Below are positions 1 through 12,740 of a DNA stretch of 64,000 bases, piece after piece. Positions within the stretch are counted from its first letter, which is position 1, and every line of letters begins with the position of its first letter. The stretch covers positions 1,153,809-1,217,808 of the forward strand of contig CAJINV010000002.1 of the NCBI GenBank assembly GCA_905178155.1. Reading direction: 5' to 3'. A program made the translations under genes and the position numbers. The notes under the pieces are model-generated. The model saw nothing but the letters and a program-made list of their open reading frames with translations, was not told the origin of the DNA and did not search any database. The stretch comes from Amoebophrya sp. A120 (taxonomy: Eukaryota > Protista > Dinoflagellata).

Positions 1-91
1 CATGTCAGAAGACATCAAGCCACAGCAAGGTCGAGTCAGGTGTGGTTTTGGAGTGGTGGAGAGGTCGAGGTGTATTATTTTCCTTGCGATA
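1..91. mobile_element. Partial TA-bounded intron element running off the window
   Basis: Minus strand reads TATCGCAAGGAAAA at 91, like the terminus of element 36792-37007. The other end is outside the window. Confidence 0.4.
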
Positions 92-1044
92 AAAGTACTC
101 CTTTGTTTTTTCCTCTACTTTCGACTTGATCTCGCCGGATTTTTCGATGACCTTGGACTTGTACTCCTCCGTTTTTTCAAGCGTCTTCTGCACCTTCTCG
201 TTTGCCAGGAATTCCCCGTATTTCTTCTTATGGCCGTCTCAAACGTTACATTCTCAACTGTTACACGATTTGCCATGCAAAATCAACATCAACATCAACA
301 GGGTGAAGCGACTTCGCATGACAAACTCCCGGAGGGCTAAACAGCATTGAAATCTGTGCGGAATCTGTAATGCTAGAGGCGCAATTGTCCCCCTTTGAGT
401 TTTCCTATTCTTGCATTCCAAGTTCATGTAACAGTTGAGAATGTAACAATTGAGAGTCCCATACTCCTTCGCCTTTTCTTGTGCGGTCGCCGCCATCGCG
501 GTGCCCTTCTCCGTTAAGTTCTTTACCCTGTTGTTTTTTCTTCAATTTCCACCAAATGTTGAACGAGAATTTGTCATGCACATCGACCAAGAACTGTCTG
601 AACCTCAAACGAAGATCGAACATTTGTCATGCGGACGCAAGAATAGAGGGTTTCACTGTCATGCAAGAGCAGTAGTAGAAAACATAACTCTTTACCTTTC
701 ATTTTCCTGCAGCTTCGAGTAGGTCTCCTTTGCCTTCTCCTTCGTTTTGTCGACGATTTGTATATATCCTGTGCAAAAGTATCGCACTTCTGCGAATTGC
801 AATCTTGCATATACAGATCTCTCTCCTATAGGCAAATCAACATGACAAACAAAATGTGTCTCAGCTTCCTGCGAAAATAAAAATTTGTGATGCAATTTGT
901 ACTAAAGTACGATGCTTTTGTAAAAATGCATAGGGTTCCCTTTTCGGAGAGGTAGGTTACCGCAGCGCCGACTTTTGTTTGGTTCTTCGGTGGATCCGGG
1001 ATCGGATCGGTTATCTCGGCTGGCCCGCTGCTGGAGTCCGCCAT
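1..1044 (-). CDS. Lys/Glu/Ala-rich helical repeat protein (LEA-like), 3' end runs off the window; spliced
   Basis: ATG at 1044 (MADSSSGPAE). Exons join in frame across TIR elements 765-932 and 229-463 and GT-AG intron 528-695: ...EKGTQIVDKTKEKAKETYSKLQENERVKNLTEKGTAMAATAQEKAKEKYGEFLANEKVQK.... The LEA-like call rests on composition only. Confidence 0.7.
229..463. mobile_element. TIR introner, family A
   Basis: TIR TATGGC..TCTCAA..GTTACATTCTCAACTGTTACA; flanks cttct/ctcct; homologous to 60588-60828. Confidence 0.9.
528..695 (-). other. GT-AG intron
   Basis: AAG|GTAAAG...CAG|G junctions restore the frame (ENER-VKNL). Contains three GCATGACA motifs on the sense strand. Confidence 0.75.
765..932. 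mobile_element. TIR introner, family B
   Basis: TATCCTGTGCAAAAGTATCG...CGATGCTTTTG..GCATA; flanks diverged (gtata/gggtt); removal of element+5 nt keeps the frame. Confidence 0.8.
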
Positions 1045-1730
1045 TTTGAGCGAATTCTGCTCGTCTCGGTAGCACAACGAACTACTGGCTGCTCTACTAG
1101 CTACGTTGTCTCTTTGTCTTTGTCTTTGCGTGCAGCAAGATTGTTTTTCTAGGTTGTACTCCAGGAATAAATCAAGTGGAAAAAGTTGTGGCCAAAATTT
1201 GTTTTATCGGGTCGTCGAACTACTACAGGTCCTGAGTTCTTGTAAGCAAAAGAAAATCGCTCATCGGTCCACGCCAATCAAATTCCAGGAACAACAGGTG
1301 GAGGTCCGATATTTCTAGTACAGCACGACCGTGTGAATAAAGATAAACATCATCCTGCTCCGTACTAGTGTAGTGGACTACAACTTCTGTACTTCCGCAC
1401 AGGAGGCGAAGGAGGGGGTGATGCGACTCAATCTCAACTACCAGGGCTTCCTGCTGTTCTGCTCTATTCTATTCTGTTTCCTATCTTTTTCTTTCGCTCT
1501 GTCTTTGTCTCATCTCTAGTACGCGCTCGTCCCTCTCTCTCTGTCTCTCGGCTTCGGTTTTCCTCTTTTAATTATTCGGGATGCCTTACTTGCTTGTAAA
1601 AGTAGTTTTTCTGTCTTTGCGAGAAGCACTGAATTACCTTGCATAGCGGAGGACAGAACAAAGATTATGGCGTGAAAATAGGTATTCGTATTGTATTCAG
1701 GAGGCGAAAGTTAGTTGTGAAACAACATCT

Positions 1731-3471
1731 TATCGCACTAAAAAAATCGATCATACTCATATTTGGCCGAATTCAAGACACAAAAAATGCTACTTTTTTG
1801 AAAAAAGCCTGCGCTTTTTTAACAAAAATCCTGTATTTCGGCAGCGATTTTTCTTTTTCGGCGGAAAATTTGCATGGCTTGGAGGTAAGGCCTGGAGCAT
1901 TCTGCTTGGGCGGCAACGTTGCTGAGCTCTGGACTGGCTGCCTGTAGTAGTTCAACTAGCTACGAGGAGGCGACTGGCGCGGATATGTCGCCCGCGACAA
2001 TTGTCCTGGCTCTGCTCTTCGGCCTCTTGCCGGCCCCCTCTTACCGGTCCAAGCCCCTCCTCACCTACCGGCCCCGCCGTCGGGCGCTTGTCTCTCATAA
2101 CTCCCGCTCCCAAGCCTGTCACATGGATGGAGGCAAAGGATCCACGCAGCCTGGCACATGCTCGGCCCAGGAGGAAAGGAATGGCCTTCAGGATGCCAGC
2201 TCTAGCCCCGCTGAGACGGTGCTGCGACAAACATGCATGGGTTGTGCTGGGGGCCGCGCAAAAGCCTAAGGGCTGGGCCTTCTATTTTGAGGCGTTCTGG
2301 GGTTCTTGGGCAGACCTCCGGTGGCATCCTCTGGCACGCCTCCACAGGATCGCCGCCAGAGCGATCGACCAGGGACGGGACCAAAAAAGGCCATCTCAAA
2401 CAGCAATTTTCAGTGCGGAGAACGTGGAAAAACGGCCAACAAAACGTGGCAAAATCGGCAAAAGCTGACAGCTTTTGCGGTATGATCAATTTTTTTTAGC
2501 ACGAGCTGAGTCCGGAATCGATCATATTTGCTGACCTGCGCCGTAGCACCGCGATTGGCGTTTTTTCAAAAACTGTAAATTTGCAAATTTTTCACCATAG
2601 CAGCGGCCCAAAAAAATTGATCATATGCCAAAAGCTGCCATTTTCTTTTAGAAAATTTGAAAAAAGTGAAAAAATGGCATTAATCATACTCGCAAAAATG
2701 TATGATCTATTTTTTTGGGACCGAGCTAACGGCCATTTTTTGAGGCCGATCGATCATATCGAAAATCGGCATTTTTTCGAACTTCGAAAAAGTGCGAAAA
2801 TCTTGCCAAATTCAGCTGTGGAAGTTCAGCAAATCGACTCCGCTGATGGGGCGGCCCGGAAGAGGTCTCCGGCGCCCGAAAGTGATATGATCGATTTTTT
2901 TGATCCGCATGCAATGGCCGTCTTTTCGAGGCCAATCATGTGCCCACTTTGCCTTAGCTCATCTGGGGCCAGAAAGTGCGCGAGCAGTCTCTCCAGATTG
3001 GACGGCGTTGCCGGTCTGGGGGGGGGCAAAGCAGTTAAAATCCCGACGAGGAGCTGGTGGTAAGTAAGGCCAAGGCGGGGTATCGGGCTCCTCGGCATGT
3101 GCCCAGAAATGCAGGCCCATGGCCATAACGCCAACGAAATCAATGGGACAGGGCCGCGCAATGGTATTGGTCTCCAGTAGTTGCGCCATCTTCTTTGTGG
3201 TTTGTCTGACGGCCCTATTGGAGTAGCATCCGCCTCCTCATAGCTACTCGGCCTGCTGCCGCCTCTTAGTTGCTGGAGTAGCGAAACTACTCCAAGCAGC
3301 CAAAGAAGATAGGCCGCGCAATATTTACGTCATAAGAGCACCAAAACAGAAGCGGCTGCCCGGGTCTGCCGGACACCGCGAAAAATTTTTGAAAATAAAA
3401 AATTGAAAAAATAGCGATTTTTGGGCTTTTTGCGGCCCTGTATGAGTATGATCGATTTTTTTGGTGGGATA
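1731..3471. mobile_element. 1.74-kb intergenic non-autonomous TIR transposon with TA ends and 5-bp TSD
   Basis: 31-bp TIR TATCGCACTAAAAAAATCGATCATACTCATA / TATGAGTATGATCGATTTTTTTGGTGGGATA (2 mismatches); TSD catct at 1726-1730 and 3472-3476; internal copies of (A)TCGATCATA; GC-rich core; no transposase recognised. Confidence 0.9.
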
Positions 3472-3754
3472 CATCTTTGGAACTACTCACAACTCCAAAT
3501 CTTGATGTGCATGGACAGGAATTATACTTCGATGCAAATGTGGGATGCTCGTGGTGTGGTGCATAAGCATATCGCGATTAAGCCTGAGAGCTGCGCAGAG
3601 TACTCATCGAAAAATAAAACAACAGGTAGCATCATGCAACTTATGCTTATTAAGCCAAAAGAAAATGAAATAAAAATAGAGATCCTGAATAAAATCATAG
3701 ATACGCAGATATATACTGAAGTGTAAATCAAAAGCTCGAGAAAGTTGCGCCTCT

Positions 3755-3795
3755 TTTGTTTGTTTGTTTGTTTGTTTGTTTGTTTGTTTGTTTGT
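3755..3795. repeat. (TTTG)n microsatellite
   Basis: About 10 tandem TTTG units. Confidence 0.95.
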
Positions 3796-5275
3796 ATCGT
3801 TGGGCCCGTGGTATCCAGTTGAAGGTTTTGCCTTCTTCTCTGTTTGTTTGTTGCTTTTGGATGCACGGAATCCGGGTGAAGTTTTCTTCTTCTCTCGTGT
3901 GGTTCTAGCGCTACTTGAAGAAAAAGCCAGTGTGCCAGAGCCGCTTGAGGCCTGTTGAGAAAAAAACGAAAAAGAAAGCTGAAAAGATAAAAAGATAAAA
4001 AGTTGGCGTCGATGAAGGAGAAGACTCTACTGAAATGTTACAAAATCTGCTTGAAGTGTTTCTGATGTCTAGTTTGTGCAAAGATTACGAAAAGAGTTGT
4101 GAAATTTCTCGTACGGTTTGAGAGTTCTACTTGCCCTGTCGTAGAAGTTTGTTGAAAGTGCAAAGGTTCTACAGCTATTTCAAGAAAAAAGTATCATGTG
4201 GAAAGAGCATGTTCGGCTTGGAACTAACAAAAGAAATCTAGAGAAAGCGAAAGCCCTGCTGTAAAATTAAAGTTGAAAAGTTAAAAACTTGGCGTTGAGA
4301 GTTACAAGTCTACTTGGAGTGTTGCTGTCGTAAACAAAGGTTGGTTTTGTTGCTGCTGCGAAAAAAAAGTCAAAGAGTCTAAAAGTTGAAGTCTGGCAAA
4401 AAGCGAAGGGTTCCTGAAACTGTAAAATAAAAATCAAAAGTGAATAGAACAAAAATGCAAAAGTTGTGCTGCAACGAGGGGAATTTTTTTTTTTCCTGAG
4501 ATTAACTTTTTCTTTTTTTTTACTTTTTGCGTTTTGCTGCTACTTACTCTCCTTGTTGTGGGATGTTATTGTACTTCTTTTCTTTATTGCTGCAATACAA
4601 AAAAAGTGTGAAAGCGAGAAGACGAAGAAGAAGCGTGCTTATGGTTCTCTTGTATAAAAAATTTTGCAAGTAACACTACATTCGTTATCGCCGTAGATTC
4701 AAATACAATTTCTTAACACCATACTGGCTGGCTGGTTGCATCGTAAAAATTTTGCTATCCAATCTCACGCACGAGCAAACTCGAAAGAACAGCTGCTGCT
4801 TCCAAAAAACTCAATGTCGAAGAGGAGAAGACACATGATTTCTTTGTGGGAAAGAACCCAAATGACAACTGCGGCCCAACGACACCAAAAAGGGTCAGCT
4901 TTCCCGCCCGCGCCGGGGATTGCGTCCGGCTCTCCCGCCCGCGCCGCGGTTGAATCCGCCTCCCTACCAGTCTTGTCCGTACTTGGCAGGCTTTGCCTTT
5001 GGAGGTGGAGCGGTCGGCGCATTGACCAGTTCATGCGCCTGGTCGATATCCAATGCAAAGAACATGTCTGGGGCTGGCATAAAAAGGCTTGTGGCTGTGA
5101 TGCTGAGCTCTGAATGATTGAACCACTTCCGAGCGCTAGTACCCAGCATGATAAGTTTGCAGAGCGCCTCGTTCCCATACGCAGCTCGCATGAGATGCCG
5201 CATTTTTGTGTGACAAAAGAGACTGCGTTTGCGTTTGCGACCACTATTTTTGCTCATGCAATAAAGATTTCCATT

Positions 5276-7071
5276 TCACAGAAACAGAACAAATGTAGTA
5301 AGACCTCCAGCATTACACGCTCGAACTTCCACACCCAGACATATTAGCAATGCGAATGCATAGTCGATGAGCTTGAACCATTCGTCCATCTGACCTTCAG
5401 GTATTGGCACTTGTGCTGGCTGCGACAACTTGCTCCTCGAGTCCGGGTGATAAAAGAACTGAAGCACACTCTTTTTCGCAACTTGCGCTCCCTCGCCGCT
5501 TTTATCGGGCAGCTCAAGCTTAGCCAAGTTGTCATATCTTTGAGGCGAAGGGCCCCTGAACACCTGTGGATTTACCTTCACAAACTTCTGCAGGGCGAAA
5601 AGGACCTTTCGCGCATCGTTTTGGTCTTCCTTGGGAACGCGGCCCAAGTCATCTGCGACTTCGTTTTTGAAGGGCAGTCGCAGTTCGTGTGTTTTGCCGT
5701 GTTTATCTGTCATGACCGGAATGTTGTTTAGGCGATTCATCGGGTTTTTCCACGCATCAGGAGAATTTTTCCACGCCTGAGTAGGATCCTTGTTCCCTTT
5801 TGAAAACGAAAAACGATGCGCAACGCACAGCGCAAGGCTTGGCGTGTGGTGCGGCGTCTACATTTTTTTCTTGGCCTACACTCTGCTCTGTGAGATGAAT
5901 AAAGCTGGTGGCGAACCGCATGCGGGCAGCAGGATGCAAATTATCACTAATGTGTATCTTGTTGCGCCGGCATCACGGTTTTTACGAATGCGAAACCAGA
6001 ATGCCGAGCGCCGCTCCAGGCGTGGCATCAATGCAAAGCTTGCACCTCCTTCACCACCACGCCTAAGTCCAATTGCGAGCGCGAAACGGCGAACAAGGTC
6101 ACCTTCGGTAAGTCGCGCTGGCGCTCCTGCTGTTGACGAAAATCATGGTACTGATTCTCGGAACGCCTCCGCGCCTCCTTTGCTTCTTCCGCCTTTTTTG
6201 CTGCGGCTTTCGCCTTTTGCTCCGCTTCCTCCGTATCGCGCCGCTCCTGTTCCCGTTTTTGTTCCTCTGCCCACGCCCGGTCCTCCGCCTCCTTCTGCTC
6301 CTTCTGCCTGCGCTTTTCTTCTTCCGCGCTTCGCTTCCGTTGTGCTTCCTTCGCTTTCGCCTTTTTCTCCTCCGCTTCTTTCTTCGCCGCTTCCGCTTTT
6401 TCCCGCGCCGCTTCCGCGTCTTCCTTTGCGGTCGCTAAGAATGCTTTTGCTTTCTCGTCCTGTTCTTTCCAGAATTTCGCTCGAGCTTCCTTGTCCAGGT
6501 CCGGCTGTGCTCCACCTCCTGATGAATCACTTGAAGAAGCTTTCTCCGGACCCGCGGCGCCGTTTCTTTCGGATTCGGCTCTTGCCGCGAAGAGTGCTTC
6601 TGCTCTCTTGGCTTGTTGTCTCCATTTCTCCGCTTCAGCTTCCCTCTCGGCGTCTCTCCTTTCAGCTTCTTCCTTTTCTGCCTCGTGAAACGCTTTCCAG
6701 AAATCGTCCGCCTTCTTCTCCGGTGGTTTCGGCTGCCATGTCGGCACTCCGGTTGAAAAGTGGCACTCGTCCAGTGAAAGAGGTTTCTTTGGATCCTGGT
6801 CCCAAAGTTTATCCTCGAGGCAGTCACGCGCGCTTCCAAACCGTTCTCTTGTCATCTGCCAACCCCGGTCCGTGAACTCCCACGCTGTATACTCGCCGCT
6901 CTTCTCCATATTGAACAAGACATACTCCTCTCTTATCCCCAGGAAATCTTTTATCGCACTGGTGCCCGTGAAGATACAACAATTTACAGCACGTATTGGA
7001 AGAAGACGTCGTCCTAGTTGTTGACTACCAAGAGCAGTACCTTGATGTTCATCTGCAACTAAGTACAACAA
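5276..7071 (-). CDS. Coiled-coil protein with C-terminal J-domain-like (HPD) region; 5' end undefined
   Basis: ORFs 6028-7071 and 5276-5740 join in phase 0 via GT-AG intron 5777-6102. The C-terminus RYDNLAKLEL...AKKSVLQFFYHPD...MDEWFKLIDYAFALL follows the DnaJ J-domain pattern. Confidence 0.6.
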
Positions 7072-8462
7072 AACAACAAGACCGGCTAGATGAAACGATT
7101 GATAGTATCATCTCCCCTTGGCCCTGGTCCTAGTGGTGGAGATCGTGGCTCATCCGAAATGAACTCTTAATTATATTAAAATTATGCATTTTGTGTCGTG
7201 TTAGCATCATGCGCGATAAATCTAATATTGCGTTTGCGCTGCGTACGCTTCTTGGGGTCGCACCATAGCTGTTTGGAAACAGCCTGTTTTTTGTCCCACT
7301 TCCACAGATCTCCCTCTGGATCTCCGTACCGACAGTTTTTTCCTTCCCACACTTGCTCTCGCCCGTTGTGCCAGTACTGGTGTGGAAATTTGAATTTAAT
7401 CACTTTTTGTGGATCTGCAGCTGCCTCATGTGGCCCTGGTGCTGCTTGAGTGAACTGAAGATCTTTATTTTCACATCATGTACAAATCAATATGGTCTTC
7501 TAGTAGACTAATATCATTGCAAATATACCTTTCATATATATTTACGTGCAAGAAAGCAAATTAATACTGCTGGCTCTTCCTGCTCCAGCAAACTTCCGGG
7601 GGCGAGGATCCGGTCTTCGCCGACATCATCTCCCACGACCAGTGGGGGCGCAGCGTCGTGCCCGGGCTCCTGCTCGAGATATGCAACACAAACATGCCCT
7701 CGCTGCCTACAGCTGCTGCCATCCTCGTCCACAGGAAGCTTGCATCTTCTATCTTCATGAAAGGCGGTACTCGTGGTACTGGTACTGCAACAAAAAAATA
7801 CTTGATCATACAACGAACCAGTGCATCTTCGTAAAGAACTGACCCTGCGATGGTCATCTGGTCGATGGTCCAGTACGTAGTGCACAGGAGCAAGACCTCT
7901 CTTGCTACAGGTTACAGCACATCCATCATCACACTTTCCTCTCGCACGCTCGGGAAGACAAAGGCTGAGCGCCGGTGGCAGGGAGGAACTAGATTTTTTT
8001 TTCTCCATATGTAAACAGTGTCCCGCTTGTCCAAACCGTCCTCGGCAATCGCAAAAATCTCCCCGGTCGCCGCTTCTTGCGCCGAGGAAGGGTGCGTTCT
8101 TGAGGCCGTTGGGCTCTCCTGTGTTTTTTAGTTTTTGTTTTATTCAATAGTTGACATCATCGTCAAGAAATCGGTTCGTCCAGTTGTTTTCTAACAAGCC
8201 AAACCTACATCAGTAGAAGAGCAAAAGCAAGCTATATCATATGCAATTCGACATGGGAGAGTGCCCGAGGAGGAGGACTTACCAAAAGCTTCAACATTGT
8301 CAGGAGCATAATACTTCGTGTTGGTGCGTAACGTGCAGCAACTGCAACAAAGAACTCGAGTAGAACTACATCAAGCCTGCTTAATCAGCCGTTTTTCTAT
8401 CGACATAGCTATCTTTCTACCGGAGCTGCATTTTTTGAAAAGCAAGAACGACTAGAAGCAGT

Positions 8463-9142
8463 ACCCCTTCCGCGGCGGCCCCTCGAACAAGTTCCGCGTC
8501 CTTGCCAATGAGTTCTTGCAAAGTACTGGACGAGGACGCGCCATCTTCCAAGGATTGCCCTTCTGGCCCACTGTCTTCAACTGCTGGTTACATTATGAGA
8601 GTGTACAACTCCCCCTTCGTTTTTCCCTTGATTCAAGAGGGCAAAAGTTGTAACCGCAACAGAAGTCATCTCAGCCCTCAGGCCCAACAAAGATGCAGTT
8701 TCTGCACAGACGAAATTAATTGCGCAACCCTGCAGCTTCTGTTTGGGCTGCTGGAACAAGACGAGCCTGCATTTATTATGTGAAAGCAGGGCCATCACAA
8801 GGCCAGAGCTGCAGCTGACATTGCGTTTTTGCATGACAAATGAGGGGAACAAAGGTGGGAGTTGTGCACAACTCTCGTAATGTCGGTCCAGGCGAATTCC
8901 GCTTCTTGAAGAACATTGTCCTGTTGCTGATCATCAACACCTCCCTCCTCATGCGCCGCAATCTTTGTCGTGCTGGTCGAAGCGGCAGCTGCTGCGTGAG
9001 GACCGGCCGGATTTTCGTCTTTCTTCGTCTCCACGACCGGCGGCACATACACAATGCCCTCGCGCGCGTCAGCGCGGAAGTTCGGCCCAAACAAACCGGG
9101 GTCGAGGGCCTGCGCGCCGAACGGAGTCTTTATCCTCTGCAA
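8463..9142 (-). CDS. Hypothetical protein exons (possibly upstream exons of the J-domain gene)
   Basis: ORF 8795-9142 continues in frame after removal of element 8594-8879 plus 5 nt (..AWTD-x-PAVEDSGPEGQSLEDG..). Limits are uncertain. Confidence 0.45.
8594..8879. mobile_element. TIR introner, family E (degenerate)
   Basis: TATGAGAGTGTACAACTCCCCC...GGGAGTTGTGCACAACTCTCGTA; flanks tacat/atgtc. Confidence 0.75.
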
Positions 9143-11454
9143 AAGTTATAATTTCGCTGTCGCTTTTTAAACAGTAGCACTGCTTCTTGGGATCTGCATC
9201 TGTTGTAGTCCTAATCTTATTTGCAATTGCTGATTTTGCATGACAGAATCATCTCAGCATCTTCATCGTCAGGAAGTAAATCTAAAACCAACACAATTCG
9301 ACTAGACATGACGAAAACCATCTTCCACAGCACCCAAATCCATAATTCTTTGGCTTTGCGATAGCTTCTTGTTCATCTAGTTGTACTACCCACGCATTTA
9401 TTTCGAAGAAGTACTACAGCAAAAAATTCTAGCAGTCCTAAACTTTTGCAATTAGATATAATTTGCGCCGTGTTGGGTGCAGAATAGCGTGACGACCGGG
9501 CCAGTGGCCGAAGATCCGTACATCGTCATCCGCTTTTTCTTGCCGGAGGAGGAGGTGGATTTCCGCACGTCGGCGGCAAAATCAAGCACGCGCGGGGGCA
9601 TTTTGTTATTTGTTTCGAAAAAGAGTCGAAGAGATGACCACGCACTTAAAGTAGAGGATGAAAGCGAAGTACTAGAAGAGCACTTCGTCGAAACAAAATT
9701 TTGGTAGAAATAAAGTACAAAAATTTATTTATGGCTGAGAGTAGAACGACGGGCTAGAAATGTTGAACGTTGCTCGTCTATTCGTAAAGTCTTGTGCAGT
9801 ACAGTTGGGGGTGAACTTGAGGTGTGTTTTGTTTTTGAACTTAAGAGAAATGAGTTCTTGTGGTGGGGACCACAAACTTACTTGTAGGTGAGAGGTTGAT
9901 TTGAAAGAGGAAATACAAATAAGACGATGCTGATTTATTTCCTGTTACAAAGTAAAGGTGGAACTCGAATTGCTTGCTGTAAAAATCTATCATGCGGTCC
10001 TCATGGGAATGTACAATTACATGTTCGGGCGGAACGAACGCGAACTGCACGATATCGATATTCAGCAACATCTACTTCCGACGCTTTCTACTTGCATTGT
10101 ACGAGCACCACACGTAGCTGCTGGTGCGACCGAGAGGAAAACTTTCTGTAGCTGCACGAAAGAAGAAATAAGTAAGCGCTCCGACAGAAACTTTGAAAAC
10201 TTTGTGTCGCACGAGACGTCGCAGCAGGTGAGACCGAAATTTTGATTTGTGTTGTACGAGATGCATGTTGACATTTATCAAAGGCGCGCTGAAGCAGCAA
10301 GCTCACACGAGGACCGAACTACGAGTCACTCGAATAAATAACCGAAAGCACAGGACGATAGAAAATACGTTTTGGAATAAATCCGTGTCACGGAAGATTT
10401 TTCCGTGACGAAACAGATGAAGCGAAAATTACGATATCATGCTGGCGTCTTTCATCTCTTACTCGGGCTTTGTGCTGTAGGTACAACCGACGCTAGAAGT
10501 TAGTAAGTATACTTGCTTCCTGGCACACCGATGATGATGATGATCATGGAGGAAATCCTCGGAGACGTTTCGGTTTAAAACCGATGAAGAACGAACACAT
10601 GATTCCTGTACATACGTTGCGTTTAAGAGTTCTTCGTCCGCGCGCTGTGACTCCGCACTGAATCGCAAAGAAAAATCAAATTCTGTTTTTGTTTTTTGTG
10701 AAGCGAGAATTGTTTTTTCCACGATGAGAAAGAAGAACGAGAAACATGATTTCTCATGCGCGAAACGAATTCGAAGCTGAACACTTCTCATGAAAAACGA
10801 GCAGTCTTTTGGGAATCTCAACAAATGAAAACTGAACTTCAATACGGACCTCGTCTGTGTTCTATCGTTCGGTAACATTGGTGGAGAACCTGAATTTACC
10901 CCATTACGCCTACCCAACCTCCGTGGATAGCGGTAGAGTTTTCCCTTTAACAAACTTCGGTCTTGCTTACTATCGTACAGCTTCTAGCTTGTTGAAGAGC
11001 AAGACAATACTATACTTCTTTAACGATCTTCGGTCTATATCACACATAGACGCTTCTTGTTCGTTAAAGAGTTAAAAGTCGCTTCGTCATATATCGCGTC
11101 CTCCTCTTGGGGCGTAGAGTCTTTCTTTTCGTACTAGTAGTTTTTCCAAAAGACTTGGGCCACTCGTTACAAGTTTTTTTATCGTACAAGTCGCAACTAC
11201 ATCGTCATACCTCGGTGGAACATCTTACTGCGTCGTCGTCTCGTTTTTTGTAGCCAAGTTTTTTTGTCGCAACATTTTTTCGAGGGCCAGACGCCTGTTT
11301 TTCCGACAAAAGAAGGTTTAAAAATTAAAAATTAACAACGAAATGCATGCAAATCAATAATTAATTTTCTCATCATCTTCTCATAGACCAAATTTGTATA
11401 TTTTTTTTCGCATCTTGATCTTGTCGTCATTTTTCGCAAGACAAACTCAAAACC

Positions 11455-12075
11455 ATGCCTCCGGAGCCGGGATACACGCGGTTCGTGCCCAACCGCGGCA
11501 TGACCGTCGACGATGCCATGCACATATTTCTCTGTGTGCATGACAAACAACGAGTCTTCATCACCACGCTCAAGCCGGAAGACATTGATGAAGACGCGCC
11601 GGCGGACCTTGAGCTCGAGGACCAGAAGTACTGGATTCGTACCTTCTCCATGTACGACCAGAACTGCATCCCGGATTCCGCGGCGAAAATCTTGGACGAC
11701 CACACTTTTCAGAAACTGGTCGACCTCTTCTACGAGAGCGACGACCACCAACAGTCCGAGCAGGAGCCGACGGAGGAAAACGACAAGGATCCGGACAACG
11801 CGCCGGGAAGCCCACCCGCGGAACAGTACAATACTCCGGGTTCCAGCTCCAACAGCCCACCGGTCTTCCCGCCGGTCGGATCCACGCTCACCTTCGAGCA
11901 GTGCATGCAGATTTGGAAAATGATGAACGGAAACAAACCGCAGGGGAACAACAACAACACGAACGACGACAAGAAGTACGACCACCTCTTCAAAAAACAA
12001 CCGTGTACATACGTTGCGTTTAGTAGTTCTTCGTCCGCGCGCCGGTCTCACGGGACAGCAGCACTAGTGCCTTGA
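11455..12075 (+). CDS. Intronless hypothetical protein (206 aa), possibly TE-derived
   Basis: Coding-like GC3-rich ORF. It is the only convincing plus-strand ORF. A 39-bp repeat occurs upstream (10607-10645) and overlaps its 3' end (12004-12042). Confidence 0.55.
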   Translation: MPPEPGYTRFVPNRGMTVDDAMHIFLCVHDKQRVFITTLKPEDIDEDAPADLELEDQKYWIRTFSMYDQNCIPDSAAKILDDHTFQKLVDLFYESDDHQQSEQEPTEENDKDPDNAPGSPPAEQYNTPGSSSNSPPVFPPVGSTLTFEQCMQIWKMMNGNKPQGNNNNTNDDKKYDHLFKKQPCTYVAFSSSSSARRSHGTAALVP

Positions 12076-12740
12076 TTTCGTGCAATCATATGTAGATTTG
12101 AAAAGGATTTAAGATTTGTCGTAGTTCTAAACAGGGGTCCTGTCTTTTTATCTGGGATTTTACGTTTTTTTTCCCTGACGGGTCGTGGAAATAACCATTG
12201 ACAACCTTATTTGCTTTTCTCATTCCACTCACGTCGCGTAGCAGGGTTTGCTTTTTGCGTTGGTCTTGGTTGTCTATATATTGCTGCTTTCCTGAAAGAG
12301 AAAACTTGGAATTGAGATGAAGCGGGATACTACAGAGCAAACAAAACCGGCGAGAGCGTCAGTTTCCTTAATGAAGCGTCTATTTGACAGACAGACATTT
12401 TATCGGGGTACAGGTGTTGGTGTTTATGTTTTGGGAACAACAAAAACTACTCTTGGTTGAATTTCTATGGTACAAGTGGACAAATTTTGGTGTGCTGATG
12501 CTGAATCGAAGTAATCAAAAGAATAGAATTGTAACTGTAGTACATGTCAAAATAAATACTGTAAAAGCTTAATATCGTAGCATAGTTTAGTGTAATGTTA
12601 AAGTTCAAAGTTTGAGACTGTCCTGCACTTTCGGAAGACTTTTTTTGCGCATCATGTGCTGCTAGTTGTAGTTTTTCGAAGATAAAAGAACCGTGAAATA
12701 GGACTAGAAAATACAAGAAACCTCCTCCACTTTTTGTTCC

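Noticed and set aside
1036-1056. GCCATTTTG resembling a dinoflagellate spliced-leader relic
   Set aside because: Only ~9 nt match, antisense to the gene and overlapping its start codon.
1919-3189. Short ORFs inside the 1.74-kb element as a possible transposase
   Set aside because: All are under 165 aa with no DDE, HTH or recombinase motif recognised.
5790-6875. 361-aa plus-strand Pro/Leu-rich ORF
   Set aside because: Antisense shadow of the E/K/A-rich minus-strand exon.
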